A stretch of 64,000 nucleotides of DNA. Source: Dehalococcoidia bacterium. GTDB taxonomy: Bacteria; Chloroflexota; Dehalococcoidia; UBA2979. The first letter of the stretch is position 1. Every line of letters begins with the position of its first letter. Position numbers and translations under genes: made by a program. Location: positions 160,001 to 224,000 of the forward strand of contig CAXXDN010000001.1 in assembly GCA_963667465.2 (NCBI GenBank). Reading direction: 5' to 3'. Of the stretch, positions 53,290-62,894 are shown in pieces. The notes beneath the pieces were generated by a model, which was not told where the DNA came from, did not search any database, and worked only from the letters and a program-made list of their open reading frames with translations.

Positions 53290-54119
53290 GCCGCATCGCG
53301 CACCTCGGCCCGCGCGGGACCTACACGGAGGCCGCCGCGCTCGGTTGGGATCCGGACGCCGAGCTGCTACCGCTGCCCAGCGTCGGCGCCGCCGCGGCGG
53401 CGGTCGAGCGCGGCGAGGCGGACGCCGCCGTCTGCGCCATCGAGAACTCGATCGAGGGCAGCGTGCGCGAGACCGTGGACCTGCTGCTGAGCGAGGACAC
53501 GACGCTGCAGATCCGCGGCGAGATCGTGATCGGCATCCGCCACGCCCTCGTCGCCGCCACCGGGGTCGACCCTGCCGAGGCGTCCATCGTCTACTCGCAC
53601 CCGCAGGCGCTCGCGCAGTGCCGCGGGCGGCTCGCCGAGCTGGCCCCGAAGGCCCAACCGGTCGCGGCGCTCTCCACGGCGGGCGCGATCGAGTCCGCCG
53701 TCGCCGAGCCCGGCACGCTCGCCGTAGGCAACACGCTCGCGGCCGCGATCTACGGCGCGGCCATCTACGCCGAGGAGATTGCCGACGCGCCCGGCAACGC
53801 GACGCGCTTCGCCGTCCTCGCGCCGGAGGACCACCCGCCCAGCGGCGACGACAAGACCTCGATCGCCTTCACCACCTACCACGACCGGCCCGGCACGCTG
53901 GTCGGCGTGATGCAGGAGTTCGCGACGCGCGGCCTCAACCTCACGCATATCGAATCGCGCCCCACGCGGCAGGCGCTCGGCACCTACGTCTTCCTGCTAG
54001 ACCTGCAGGGCCACCGCCTCGACGACCTCGTGCGGGACTCCCTCGCTACCATCGAGGAGCAGACGATGTGGCTGCGCGTGCTCGGCTCCTACCCGCGCTG
54101 GACCGCGTCCGACGCCTGA
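53286..54119 (+). CDS. pheA: Prephenate dehydratase
   Basis: LGPRGTYTE, ENSIEG, SHPQALAQC, TRF and IESRP motifs. Confidence 0.95.
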   Translation: MSRIAHLGPRGTYTEAAALGWDPDAELLPLPSVGAAAAAVERGEADAAVCAIENSIEGSVRETVDLLLSEDTTLQIRGEIVIGIRHALVAATGVDPAEASIVYSHPQALAQCRGRLAELAPKAQPVAALSTAGAIESAVAEPGTLAVGNTLAAAIYGAAIYAEEIADAPGNATRFAVLAPEDHPPSGDDKTSIAFTTYHDRPGTLVGVMQEFATRGLNLTHIESRPTRQALGTYVFLLDLQGHRLDDLVRDSLATIEEQTMWLRVLGSYPRWTASDA

Positions 54120-54184
54120 GATCGCGGACGCCGTTCGGCCTGACGAGCCGGCCTGACCGGGAGAGGGGACGCCGCACCGCTCCG

Positions 54185-55048
54185 ATGCCTGAGATACCTG
54201 ACCTCGAGGTGATTCGCGGCTTCCTCACGCCGGTCCTGCGCGACAACCGCGTCCGCGGCGTCGAGGCGCGCCTGCCCTGGCTCGTGCGGACCGGCGCGGG
54301 GGAGCTGGAGACGCTGAGCGGCCACGCCTTCGGCGACGTGCTCCGCCACGGCAAGTTCCTGCTCTTCCCTTCGGACGACGGCCGCGTGCTGGTGGTGAAC
54401 CCGATGCTGACCGGCCGCTTCCACTGGGCCGAGGCCTCCGCGGCGCGCCGCCCCACCCCCGCGATCACGCTCGCCTTCGAGGACGGCCACGAGCTGCGCT
54501 ATGCGGACGAGCGCCGGATGGGCCGCCTCTACCTCGTCGCCGCGGACGACCTCGGCAGCGTGCCGCAGTTCGCCGAGCTCGGGCCGGATGCGCTCGCCAT
54601 CGACGAGGACGAGTTCACCGAACGGCTGCGCAAGCGCCGCGGTCAGCTCAAGAACACGCTCACCAACCAGGGTTTCATCGCGGGCATCGGCAACGCCTAC
54701 GCCGACGAGATCCTCTGGGAGGCGGGCCTGCACCCGCACCGCCGCGGCGCAACATTGGGCGACGCTGACCGCCGGGCGCTGTACCGTGCGCTGCACGCCG
54801 TCTTCGATCGGGCGCTCCCGATCCTCGAGGAGCATGTCCGTGACGGCCTGAAACAACGCAAGGAGGAGTGGCGAGCGCACCTCTGCGTCCACCGCCGCGC
54901 CGGCGAGGACTGCCCGCGCTGCGGACGCGAGGTGCGAGGTCGCACATCGGGCAGCCGCGAGACGAACTTCTGCCTCGGCTGCCAACCGCTCGACCTCGGA
55001 CAGCGGGGCGCCGTCCCCGCAGCCGCCGACAGTGCGGCGGAGGCCTGA
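54185..55048 (+). CDS. Fpg/Nei family DNA glycosylase
   Basis: N-terminal MPEIPD, RHGKFL, H2TH GIGNAYADEIL and zinc finger CPRC...CLGCQ. Confidence 0.92.
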   Translation: MPEIPDLEVIRGFLTPVLRDNRVRGVEARLPWLVRTGAGELETLSGHAFGDVLRHGKFLLFPSDDGRVLVVNPMLTGRFHWAEASAARRPTPAITLAFEDGHELRYADERRMGRLYLVAADDLGSVPQFAELGPDALAIDEDEFTERLRKRRGQLKNTLTNQGFIAGIGNAYADEILWEAGLHPHRRGATLGDADRRALYRALHAVFDRALPILEEHVRDGLKQRKEEWRAHLCVHRRAGEDCPRCGREVRGRTSGSRETNFCLGCQPLDLGQRGAVPAAADSAAEA

Positions 55049-55079
55049 GCGGGAGCATCGCGAAAGGTAAGGAGACCAG

Positions 55080-55799
55080 GTGCAAGTCAACGGCCGCGAC
55101 ATCGGTGACGTCCTCGACGGACTGTACGAGGAAATCAGCAACCGCTTGCGCGAGGAAGCCTCGCGCGAGCTGCAGATCGACAGGTTCGACGGGGATTCAT
55201 TCTCGCGCGTGCGCTGGAGCGCCGAGACACCCTCCGTGCTGATCTTCATGCACGAGCAGCTGCCGACCCACGCAATCCCGCACGCCCTCGGCGTCGCGCT
55301 GCAGCACGTGCGGCAGCGCCTCGACGGCTACCCAGACGTCCGCGCCCCGTCCGGGCGGCAGGCCGCCGCCGGCGCGGGCCCGCTGCGCACGATGCTGCGC
55401 GAGCTGGTGATGGCCCCCGAGGCCGAGGCGCAACTCGCCGACCTCGGCCTCGACAGCGAGTGGGAGACGGAACAGCGCCACGAGGCGATGAAGCAGATCC
55501 TGCGGGCGCCGCCCTCCGACTGGAAGCGCGACGGCACGCTCGGCAACAAGTTCGCCGCGCTGCAGTACGCCCGCTTCGAGCTCGAGCACCCCTCGGCGAT
55601 GTGGAAGAGCCTGCGCGACGACATGGAGGACTCGCTCCCGATCGCCGCGGAGCGCGGCAAGCGCGCCGCCGCGACCGTGCGGGAACACGGCTGGGACTCC
55701 CAGGACGCCTGCCTGCAGTCGCTGCTCGGCGTGCGCGACAGCATGGGCATGGAATACATCGCCTGGATCGAGGACCGCCGCAACGGCGAGATCGTCTGA
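55080..55799 (+). CDS. Hypothetical protein
   Basis: AAGGAG RBS, GTG start, host-like codon usage; no recognised domain. Confidence 0.75.
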   Translation: MQVNGRDIGDVLDGLYEEISNRLREEASRELQIDRFDGDSFSRVRWSAETPSVLIFMHEQLPTHAIPHALGVALQHVRQRLDGYPDVRAPSGRQAAAGAGPLRTMLRELVMAPEAEAQLADLGLDSEWETEQRHEAMKQILRAPPSDWKRDGTLGNKFAALQYARFELEHPSAMWKSLRDDMEDSLPIAAERGKRAAATVREHGWDSQDACLQSLLGVRDSMGMEYIAWIEDRRNGEIV

Positions 55800-55828
55800 C
55801 GCCTCGCGCCGCACCGGGAGCGCCCTCG

Positions 55829-56779
55829 ATGCCGCCGCCCGCTGACCTGCCTGACCCGCCGCTACGGGGCAAGGTCGCCGTCGTCACCGGCGGCGGACGC
55901 GGCATCGGGCGCGCCGTCGCCGCCCGCCTCGCACGCGAGGGCGCGGCCGTCGTCATCGCCGACTACGGCGGCAGCGTCGACACGAGCGCCAACCCGCAGG
56001 CCGCCGTCGCGGAAGAGGCCGCCGAGGCGATCCGCGCCGCGGGCGGCCAGGCCTCCGCCTGCTTCGCCGACGTCTCGACGATGGAAGGCGGCCGCCGCGC
56101 CGTGCAGCAGGCGCTCGACGAGTTCGGCCGCCTCGACGCGATGGTCTGCTGCGCCGGCATCATCCCGCAGGGGACGGTGCTGACCGCCTCCGAGGAAGAC
56201 TGGGACCGCACGATCGCCACGCATCTCAAGGGCCACTTCTCCTGCGCACAGGCGGCGGCGCGGGTGATGACCGGGCAGGGCGGCGGGCGGCTCGTCTTCT
56301 TCGCCTCGCGCGCCTCGTTCGGCAGCGCCAGCGGGACCATCGCCTACAGCGCCGCGAAGGCCGGCATCCTCGGCCTCACCTTCACCTCCGCGACCGAGCT
56401 GATCGCGCACGGCATCACGACCAACTGCATCGTGCCGCGCGCCTCGACGCGGATGATCGACTACATCGCGGAGACGACCGGCCGCAGCGAGGGCCGCCCC
56501 GGCTCGGACAGCGCGACCGGCACCACCTTCGACCCGGACAACATCCCGCCGATCGTCGCCTGGCTGCTCAGCGACGCGGCCGAGGGCGTGAACGGTCAGG
56601 TCTTCGGCGTCGTCGGCCGCCAGATCACCCTGCTCGAGCGCGCCGGCTGGGCCGCCTCGCTCGCCTCCGGCGCCCCCTGGCGCCTCGGGGGCCCCGACGG
56701 TCTGGTGGCCCGCATCCCGGCCGCCTTCGGCGCCGACCTCTCGCTGCGCCGCTTCGAGTGGGAGCTGCCTGCGGAGTAG
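55829..56779 (+). CDS. SDR oxidoreductase
   Basis: TGGGRGIG, HLKGHF and YSAAK motifs; ATG 55829. Confidence 0.9.
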   Translation: MPPPADLPDPPLRGKVAVVTGGGRGIGRAVAARLAREGAAVVIADYGGSVDTSANPQAAVAEEAAEAIRAAGGQASACFADVSTMEGGRRAVQQALDEFGRLDAMVCCAGIIPQGTVLTASEEDWDRTIATHLKGHFSCAQAAARVMTGQGGGRLVFFASRASFGSASGTIAYSAAKAGILGLTFTSATELIAHGITTNCIVPRASTRMIDYIAETTGRSEGRPGSDSATGTTFDPDNIPPIVAWLLSDAAEGVNGQVFGVVGRQITLLERAGWAASLASGAPWRLGGPDGLVARIPAAFGADLSLRRFEWELPAE

Positions 56780-56817
56780 GCGCGGTGCGCGCTGCGACTA
56801 AACGCCCGACCGCGCCT

Positions 56818-57432
56818 CTACCGGCGCTCGTTGGGTAGTTTGCGTTGCAGGAGTTCTGCGAGCCGGGCGCGGCAACTGGCGAGGCTCGGAGAGCGCTCAG
56901 CTGCCGCTGCTGGATCCCATTGTCGATCGACGAAACGGCTCAGGGTCGTGCTGTAGAGCGGCCCCACCCGGGCGTTCTTCCGAGGCACGAGAGCATCCCG
57001 CATAGTGCTGCTGCGCGATCTCTCAGCAGCCGCGAGCAGCTGCTTCTTCGGATCTCCGGCCCGATCCGGAGACGTAGGAAGCTGGGCGGCCGTCACGCCC
57101 AGGAACCTTGAGAGACCGCCGCGATCCGCCAACAGCCAACTCTCGACGCTTCGCACCGCGACACGGAAGCACAGCCCACCAGGATCCTCGTCAACTCCCC
57201 AATCGCTGCGGAGCTGTGGCGGGCAGCGGTCCCGATCAAGGTCGACGAGGACGAGCCATCTCGCCTGGCGTGAGGCGTAGCGGTACCCGTCGATCTGACG
57301 CCGCAGCCATTGCTTGCCGCGCCGCCCGTGCACCAGCGAGACAACACCCCCTGCTTCCTCGACAAGCCGCACGGCGACGCGCTCATCCAGATCGCCCTCG
57401 ACAGCGACGGTGACGTGAGGCGCCATAGACAT
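56818..57432 (-). CDS. TOPRIM-domain protein (DUF4276/DUF4435-like)
   Basis: VEGDLD, LVDLD, VESWLLAD, DPK and SPSL motifs; atypical codon usage. Confidence 0.75.
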   Translation of the reverse strand: MSMAPHVTVAVEGDLDERVAVRLVEEAGGVVSLVHGRRGKQWLRRQIDGYRYASRQARWLVLVDLDRDRCPPQLRSDWGVDEDPGGLCFRVAVRSVESWLLADRGGLSRFLGVTAAQLPTSPDRAGDPKKQLLAAAERSRSSTMRDALVPRKNARVGPLYSTTLSRFVDRQWDPAAAAERSPSLASCRARLAELLQRKLPNERR

Positions 57433-57442
57433 AGGCCGAGCG

Positions 57443-58603
57443 TTACTCGAAGAGCACGAGTTGATGTGCGTTCGGCGGTCTCGTGTGGGGCAAGAGGGCG
57501 TCCATCAGCATCGCGCCGCCTTCGAGGAGGTCATGTAGCTCAAACACATCGTCCGCCTGCCGCACAGTGGTTCCCTCCCCTTGTGGAGTGAGGATCAAGA
57601 TCTCGTCCAGCGAGATCCCTTCGTCGAGAAACAGATCGGTCGAGTGCGTACTGAGAATGGCCTGGCGACCGGTACGGCGCGCCACACTGTGAAGCAGTTG
57701 GGGGAGACGGCGGACAACCTCTGGGTGCAGCGAGAGCTCCGGCTCCTCGAGCAGCACAGGACCGGCACCGTCCTGCAGTACCCACAGCAGTCCTAGAAGC
57801 CGCAAGGTGCCATCGGAGAACTGGGACTCGTCCTGCCAGGCGCCACTCCCCCGCCAATGCAGGTAGCGACCGCGCAGGTGGGGAGCGCCGGACTCGTCGC
57901 GGTACTCCTCAAGCTCCTGCAGTTGGGGTATCGCGACTTGGAGGGCGGCTGCGATGCGCCGCAACCGCGCATTCTTCGTTCGTGAGTTCGTCCGGGCGAC
58001 CTGTTCCAAGAAGTCGCTCCCGTAGGGATCGTTGGCGTATGGCACGGCCCGACCGGGCTCGCGAATCAGCTGCGGGAGGATGTGGAGGTAGCGCACGGAT
58101 CTCAAGAACTCAGATACTTCGCGAAATTCGCGGTTCGACGCGACCTGCTCCAGCACAGTCTGAGTGCGAACTTCCTGGTCCTCGCCCGTCGCGTCTCGCC
58201 CCAACACGAGCTCGCCATCGTGGGTCACACGCTCAGACTCGATCTGGGGCAGCCGACGCCCCCGTGTTTGTTGTCCGAAGGCAACCTCGTACCCCCATCG
58301 ATCCGGGCTCTCCTCGGTCCCGATTCGCACGGACACGCTGACCGTTGGGTTGCGACGGGCCGCCAGAGAACGCACCCGTGACACCCCACCCCGCTCCTCG
58401 ACTGCAGCCTGGAAGCCGCCGCCGACTGCCGCGATGTCCTGCAAGAAGCGCAGGACATCGAGCAGGTTCGACTTTCCTGACGCATTCGGCCCAACCAGGA
58501 ACACGCGCTGCCCAAGCGCGACGGATGCGCTTGTAAAGTTCCGCCAGTTCGTGATCTCGAGATGCGTGAAGCGCAACGCGTCACGGCTGGATCGCGAGGT
58601 CAT
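57443..58603 (-). CDS. ABC-type (AAA_21/SMC-like) ATPase
   Basis: NWRNF, GPNASGKSN, FSDGT, LLEEPE and STHS motifs. Confidence 0.9.
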   Translation of the reverse strand: MTSRSSRDALRFTHLEITNWRNFTSASVALGQRVFLVGPNASGKSNLLDVLRFLQDIAAVGGGFQAAVEERGGVSRVRSLAARRNPTVSVSVRIGTEESPDRWGYEVAFGQQTRGRRLPQIESERVTHDGELVLGRDATGEDQEVRTQTVLEQVASNREFREVSEFLRSVRYLHILPQLIREPGRAVPYANDPYGSDFLEQVARTNSRTKNARLRRIAAALQVAIPQLQELEEYRDESGAPHLRGRYLHWRGSGAWQDESQFSDGTLRLLGLLWVLQDGAGPVLLEEPELSLHPEVVRRLPQLLHSVARRTGRQAILSTHSTDLFLDEGISLDEILILTPQGEGTTVRQADDVFELHDLLEGGAMLMDALLPHTRPPNAHQLVLFE

Positions 58604-58734
58604 GACCGCTCCAAGCCCGCTCACCGCCCGTCAAGTCAGAGTGTACGCCGTGTACGCCGCTTGAACGCCCGCCCGCGCCCCGACTACCCTCGATCCACGA
58701 TCCACGAACGCGCATGACCCGCGAGGCCTGCACG

Positions 58735-60669
58735 ATGCCGACTACCTACGACGAGCTGATCGACCGCGTCCAGCGACCCGCACGCTACGTCGGCGGCGAG
58801 CTGCACTCGATCGTCAAGGACTGGGCTGCGCCCGGTTCGCCCGAGGTGCGGGTCGCCCTCGCCTACCCGGACCTCTACGACCTCGGCATGTCCAACCTCG
58901 GGCTCGGCATCCTCTACGACATCGTCAACCGCCGCCCCGACGCACTCGCCGAGCGCGTCTTCTCGCCCTGGACGGACTTCGAGGATCTGCTGCGCGCGAA
59001 CGGCGAGCCACTGCGCTCGCTGGAGACGCGGCACGCGCTGCGCGAGTTCGACCTGCTCGGCATCACGCTCTCCTACGAGGTCTGCTTCACCAACGTCCTC
59101 AACCTGCTCGAGCTCGGCGGCATCCCGATTCGCAGCGCCGACCGCGCCGAGGACGACCCGATCATCGTCGGCGGCGGCTCGGCCGCCCTTGAGCCGGAAC
59201 CGATGGCCCCGTTCTTCGACGCCTTCGCCCTCGGCGAGGGCGAGGAGTTGATCGATGAACTGGTCGACTTCGTGCGCGACTGGAAGCGCGCCGGGCGTGG
59301 CCCGCGCCGCGAGCTGCACCGCGCACTCGCCGCCATCGACGGCGTCTACGTGCCCTCGCTCTACGAGGCGAGCTACCGGCCGGACGGCACGCTCGAGGCG
59401 ACACGGCCGATCGACGAGGCCGCGCCGGCGAGCGTAACGCGGCGCGTGATGCAGGTGCTGCCGCCGCCGCTGACGAAGCCGATCGTGCCCTTCATGGAGG
59501 TCGTCCACGACCGCGCCGCGATCGAGATCCAGCGCGGCTGCACCCAGGGCTGCCGCTTCTGCCAGGCCGGGATGATCTACCGCCCCACCCGCGAACGCTC
59601 CGTCGACGAGGTCGTCGCGGCGGCGGGCGAACTGCTCGACAACACCGGCTACCACGAGCTCTCGCTGATGTCGCTCTCGACCACCGACCACCGCGACATC
59701 GTGCCGATGGTGCACGCGCTGATGGACGCCTACGGCGACCGCGGCCTCAAGATCGGACTGCCCTCGACGCGCGTCGACTCGTTCTCCGTCGAGGTCGCCG
59801 ACGCAGTGGCGCGCGGCAAGAAGCACACGCTGACGCTCGCTCCCGAGGCCGGCTCGCAGCGGCTGCGCAACACGATCAACAAGCTCGTCACCGAGGAGGA
59901 TCTGCTCAACGCGGCCGAGCACGCCTTCAGCAACGGCTGGACGAGCATCAAGATGTACTTCATGGTCGGCCAGCCGACCGAGACCGACCACGACATCGAG
60001 GAAATCGTCCGCATCGCCTCCGAGGTGAAGGCGATCGGCAGGCGGCACCGCGGCGGGCGCGCGCGGGTGCGCGTCTCCACCTCGAACTTCATCCCCAAAG
60101 CGCACACCCCCTACCAGTGGATCGCGCAGTGCGACGCCGACACGCTGCGCCGCCGCCATCGCATCCTGCGCGAGGGCTGCCGCCGCGCCGGCGTGCAGTT
60201 CAGCTGGGAGGATCCTGAGAAGTCGCTGCTGGAGGCCGTGCTGTCGCGCGGCGACCGCCGCGTCGCCGCAGTCATCGAGACGGCCTGGCGCCTGGGCGCG
60301 AAGTTCGACGCCTGGTCCGAGCACCACGACTGGTCGATCTGGGAGCGCGCCTTCGAGGCGCACGACCTCGATCCGGCCGATTACGCCTATCGCGACCGCG
60401 ACCTCTGGGAACCGCTGCCCTGGGACCACATCGACTCGGCGACGACGAAGTCGTTCCTGCGCGGCGAGTGGATGCGCACGCTCAACGAGGAGATCACGCT
60501 CGACTGCAAGCGCGACCCGTGCAACGTCTGCGGCCACCAGGACATCAACGGCGACTGCACCCACAAGATCGCCGAGCTGGTCGCGATGAAGCGCTCGGGC
60601 GACACCTTCAAGCGCGACCGCACCATCGAGGTCGCCGAGCGCGTCGGCGCGCCGCTCACACTGGTGTAG
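58735..60669 (+). CDS. B12-binding radical SAM protein (TIGR03960-like)
   Basis: RPARYVGGE, YPDLYDLGMSNLG, RGCTQGCRFC, APEAGSQRLR and FIPKAHTP motifs. Confidence 0.93.
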   Translation: MPTTYDELIDRVQRPARYVGGELHSIVKDWAAPGSPEVRVALAYPDLYDLGMSNLGLGILYDIVNRRPDALAERVFSPWTDFEDLLRANGEPLRSLETRHALREFDLLGITLSYEVCFTNVLNLLELGGIPIRSADRAEDDPIIVGGGSAALEPEPMAPFFDAFALGEGEELIDELVDFVRDWKRAGRGPRRELHRALAAIDGVYVPSLYEASYRPDGTLEATRPIDEAAPASVTRRVMQVLPPPLTKPIVPFMEVVHDRAAIEIQRGCTQGCRFCQAGMIYRPTRERSVDEVVAAAGELLDNTGYHELSLMSLSTTDHRDIVPMVHALMDAYGDRGLKIGLPSTRVDSFSVEVADAVARGKKHTLTLAPEAGSQRLRNTINKLVTEEDLLNAAEHAFSNGWTSIKMYFMVGQPTETDHDIEEIVRIASEVKAIGRRHRGGRARVRVSTSNFIPKAHTPYQWIAQCDADTLRRRHRILREGCRRAGVQFSWEDPEKSLLEAVLSRGDRRVAAVIETAWRLGAKFDAWSEHHDWSIWERAFEAHDLDPADYAYRDRDLWEPLPWDHIDSATTKSFLRGEWMRTLNEEITLDCKRDPCNVCGHQDINGDCTHKIAELVAMKRSGDTFKRDRTIEVAERVGAPLTLV

Positions 60670-60691
60670 GAGGCAGCAGCCCGCCCAGGCG

Positions 60692-62434
60692 CTACCGCGC
60701 TGCCTCCACCTCCACCGTGACGACGTCGATCTCGTGGTACTTGCGGTGCTGCACGGATGAGGCGTAGTGGCGTAGCAGGCGGAACGTGAGCTCGTTGTCG
60801 TCCTGGCTCTGCGGCGTGTCGCCGAGGTAGGCCAACCGGTCCTCGAGGTTCTCGTCCCGCTCCTCGGAGGTCGCGACGAACTCCAGCTCGATCGTTCCAG
60901 AGCCGCTCCGCGTGCTGATGATCAGGTTCCGATCGCCGCGGGTGAGCTGGTCGGGTTCGAGGCTCAGCAGGCTCGCCAGCGTCTCCTCGCCCGCCGAACG
61001 CAGCCGATCGGTCGAGGGCTCGTCCCAGCCTGCCTTCCCGGCGATCTCACGGAGATACTCATCGACCTTCGGCAGGGAGAGGATGTCCAGATTCACGCTC
61101 AAACTGCGGGCTCGTGGTTGGGTCAGGTTGATCAGCACGGTGAAGAAGATCATGGCGACGCAGCCGGTGGTCAGGCCGTTGCTGAACAGGATCTCCCACG
61201 GCCCGGTGATCAGATTCGGGAAGATTAGATCGTTCTGGAACCCCACCCCCAGCCAGAACGAGACGCCCACCACTGTGGACGTGCGCGGGTCCAGCCCTCC
61301 CTGGATCACCAGTCGCATGCCCTGCACGAACAACAGGGCCAGCCTCACGATCACGTAGGCCGCGAACAACGGAGTCGGGATCGCCGTCAGGACCGCGATC
61401 GCCTTCGGCAGAACCGCCACCGCCAGCAGGATGCATCCGGCGTAAATTCCGACGCGGCGCGCCGCCACGCCGGTGAGGAGCACGTGCGCGGAGTTTGCGG
61501 TCGGCACCGTGTTCGGCAACCCGGACGCGACCGCCGCGAGCAGGTTGGTCACCGCCATGACGTTGAACGCGCCCTGGACCACGCGGAAGTCCGTCGCCCG
61601 GGGGTTGCGCCACGACACCTGCTGGATGGAGATCGTGTCGCTGATGCCGTAGATCGCCGCTGCCAGGTAGACGATCGCGAACCCCGGCAACAGCGTCCAG
61701 AACTCGACCCCGAAGTTGAAGCCGAAGCCCGGCCAGCCCTCGAGCGGAACGCCGATCCAGGCCGCATCGCCGACGCTCGCGGTGTCGTACAGACCCACCG
61801 GCACCGCCACCACGCAACCCGCGAGGATCCCGATGAACGGCGTCCACTGCTGCACGACCGGTGGCGCGAACAGCCGCAGACCCATCATCACGCCCAGCGT
61901 CGTCCCGGCCACGGCAAGCGCCGCGGTATCGGAGCCACCACCGGCTGTGTCCGACATCCTGTTGAGCAGAACCGACATGACCGTGGCCGCGAGCAGCATC
62001 AACACCGTGCCCGTGACCGTCGGCGTGATGATCCTCCGCAGCAGCGAGAGCCGCTGGATGAAGAGGAACAGCAGGATGGACGAGACCACCATGGTGCTGG
62101 CCAGCAGCGCCGGCCCGCCCTCCGTCAGCGCGGCGATGACCACGGCGATGAACGCCGAGGTGCTGACCACCCCGATCGCGTAGCCCGCGCCGAATCGCCC
62201 GAACTGGAAGACCTGCGCAATGGTGCCGAGCCCGCAGACCACCGCCGAGACCGAGAACAGCCACGGGGTGTATTCGCTCGGCTGACCACTCGCCTCAACG
62301 ACGATCGCCGCTATTGCTGCCAGCGTGATGAGGCGGCCGGCAATCGAGAGCAGGCCGTGGCCAAGCGCCGCCAGCGGAGGGATCGGCTCGTCCGGCTCGT
62401 AGAGGATGTAGTCGTTAGTCTGCGCTGCCGCCAA
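60692..62434 (-). CDS. NCS2 (xanthine/uracil) family permease with C-terminal HATPase/RsbW-like domain
   Basis: YEPDEPIP..GH, RIITPTVTG, about 13 TM segments, then a soluble RLRSAGEE...LLRHYASSVQH tail; probable TTG start at 62434. Confidence 0.8.
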   Translation of the reverse strand: MAAAQTNDYILYEPDEPIPPLAALGHGLLSIAGRLITLAAIAAIVVEASGQPSEYTPWLFSVSAVVCGLGTIAQVFQFGRFGAGYAIGVVSTSAFIAVVIAALTEGGPALLASTMVVSSILLFLFIQRLSLLRRIITPTVTGTVLMLLAATVMSVLLNRMSDTAGGGSDTAALAVAGTTLGVMMGLRLFAPPVVQQWTPFIGILAGCVVAVPVGLYDTASVGDAAWIGVPLEGWPGFGFNFGVEFWTLLPGFAIVYLAAAIYGISDTISIQQVSWRNPRATDFRVVQGAFNVMAVTNLLAAVASGLPNTVPTANSAHVLLTGVAARRVGIYAGCILLAVAVLPKAIAVLTAIPTPLFAAYVIVRLALLFVQGMRLVIQGGLDPRTSTVVGVSFWLGVGFQNDLIFPNLITGPWEILFSNGLTTGCVAMIFFTVLINLTQPRARSLSVNLDILSLPKVDEYLREIAGKAGWDEPSTDRLRSAGEETLASLLSLEPDQLTRGDRNLIISTRSGSGTIELEFVATSEERDENLEDRLAYLGDTPQSQDDNELTFRLLRHYASSVQHRKYHEIDVVTVEVEAAR

Positions 62435-62554
62435 GCTGGCTTCCGATCGTGAGTCTCGGCCCGGCTCGCGGCTCGCACGAGCGGGCCTCGCGCCAGCCAA
62501 TCATACCGACGAACTCCCGACAGGCCGCTACACAAACGGCGTATCATCCCGGCC

Positions 62555-62854
62555 ATGCCCGGCACGCTTGGCGCCAACTACTGCCCCGAGGGCTGCTACT
62601 GGCCCTGCGAGCACCGCGCGCCCGGAGCCTCCGGCAGCAGCACGGGCGGTTGGACCCTGGGCCCAAACCCCGGCGACGACCCCGAGGAGCTGGCTCTCGA
62701 GGAGTGGCAACTCCACTCGATCGCCGGGATCCCTCACTCCCGGTCGATCCCGACGCTCAAGTTCTGCTCCGAGTGCGGCGAGTCCTTCGCCGACTCGGCA
62801 GAGCATTCCCGCGAGCACGAGCGCCTGCGCCAGCTCCGCGACGACCGCCGCTAG
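62555..62854 (+). CDS. Small Cys/His-rich hypothetical protein
   Basis: CPEGCYWPCEH and CSECGESFADSAEHSREH; TATCAT -10 7 nt before ATG. Confidence 0.45.
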   Translation: MPGTLGANYCPEGCYWPCEHRAPGASGSSTGGWTLGPNPGDDPEELALEEWQLHSIAGIPHSRSIPTLKFCSECGESFADSAEHSREHERLRQLRDDRR

Positions 62855-62894
62855 CCTCTCGCCGCCCTCGAGGGCGATCGCGCGCATCCCTGCG

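Noticed and set aside
58641-58710. Short tandem repeats GTGTACGCC x2 and TCCACGA x2 at the ATPase cassette edge
   Set aside because: Only two copies each, with no counterpart at the other cassette end; probably promoter sequence or chance.
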